DNA of 62,993 bases, counting the filler, from Octopus bimaculoides (taxonomy: Eukaryota), in the NCBI RefSeq assembly GCF_001194135.2. It is 5 parts of 5 records of this genome, joined end to end, with 100 filler letters (N's around TTAATTAATTAA, not from the genome) between each part and the next. Parts side by side here need not be neighbours in the genome. Positions count along the whole stretch, not along the records: positions 60,835 to 62,993 come from NC_068995.1; 4 more parts are not named here. One strand, written 5' to 3'. The notes below the pieces were generated by a model. The model was not told the DNA's origin. It saw only the letters and a list, made by a program, of their open reading frames with translations, and did no database searches. Position 1 is the first letter of the stretch; every line of letters begins with the position of its first letter. This document shows, piece after piece, positions 62,207-62,993 of the stretch. The translations under genes and the position numbers were made by a program.

Positions 62207-62993
62207 TATATATCAACATTCATCTCACTACCTTTAATTGACTCAAAGTTTAATATCACAATGTAAACAAAATTTAATTACAGTACGGTAAGGCCTGAGG
62301 TACATAGATTATTTACTAATTTTACTCAATTTACTAAATTATTTACTAATTTTATATTATCTCCCAAATAAGGTCAATTGTCGATTAACTCATTAATGAT
62401 AGTAGCTTAAACCACACTTTACAACTAAAATTAGAGGGAAGAAGTTGATATACGAATAGCCCAATATGGCACTTTGTCCCATCAATCGCAAAGAAAAAAG
62501 CATTTTATATGCTCTGATTTTTATCTTGGACAACGACTCAAGATGCATAGCCCATATATGTATTCATTCATATTTCTCCATCACAAGCAATTGCTCTTTC
62601 GGGCATTGCCACCTGGAAAACATCAGAGATTACAATGTACATTGGGAAATCCGTTGACAAAGGAACAGAGATACATAAAGTAATCGTATTTAGGAAGTGA
62701 TAATTCGAACTCTTGACAAAGAAACTCGCTTACTCATCGAGAATGATTTATGAGCGATACGAATTTGTTGCGCACTCTGCTGTGCCGTGTTCAGGTTGAG
62801 TGGCCCATTCGCAACATTATCAAAATGCATCGTCAGGTTTGTCACAGTTCGCTGTATTCTGAGTTAAAATTTCATTGTATCAATATTGATGCAGTACAAA
62901 ATTCTGGTGCCTCAACCTAAGTACCATATTCATCTGAATCTAAATTTTGGTGAACTCATCTACTATACCCAAAGTATATATATATATATATAT

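Overview
Very AT-rich, microsatellite-saturated eukaryotic DNA. The SINE, LINE and DNA-transposon families resemble those I recognise from Octopus genomes; the species assignment is an inference. Much of the window is simple repeat or N-gap, and four artificial 100-bp joins (N44-TTAATTAATTAA-N44) split it into five segments whose adjacency is not guaranteed. No known protein-coding gene can be named. Well supported content: several tRNA-headed SINE families; decayed LINEs (RTE with a triple C2H2 tail, two R4/Dong-like lineages, a CR1/Jockey-group RT, a Penelope-like GIY-YIG remnant); and Tc1/mariner fossils (Tc1, mariner, DD41D rosa-like, DD37D maT-like, a Tigger-like MITE). Best leads, all unvalidated: (i) a phase-consistent four-exon model for a 104-aa single-pass membrane protein at 1040-2197, whose last splice acceptor lies in the loop of a perfect 14-bp hairpin; (ii) three dispersed copies of a hammerhead-ribozyme-like motif with conserved stems II and III; (iii) phase-compatible minus-strand orphan exons; (iv) a CRE palindrome module and an ETS/CCAAT promoter-like island; (v) a mirror-symmetric nest of inverted SINEs. 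Almost all long ORFs in the supplied track are microsatellite or N artefacts.
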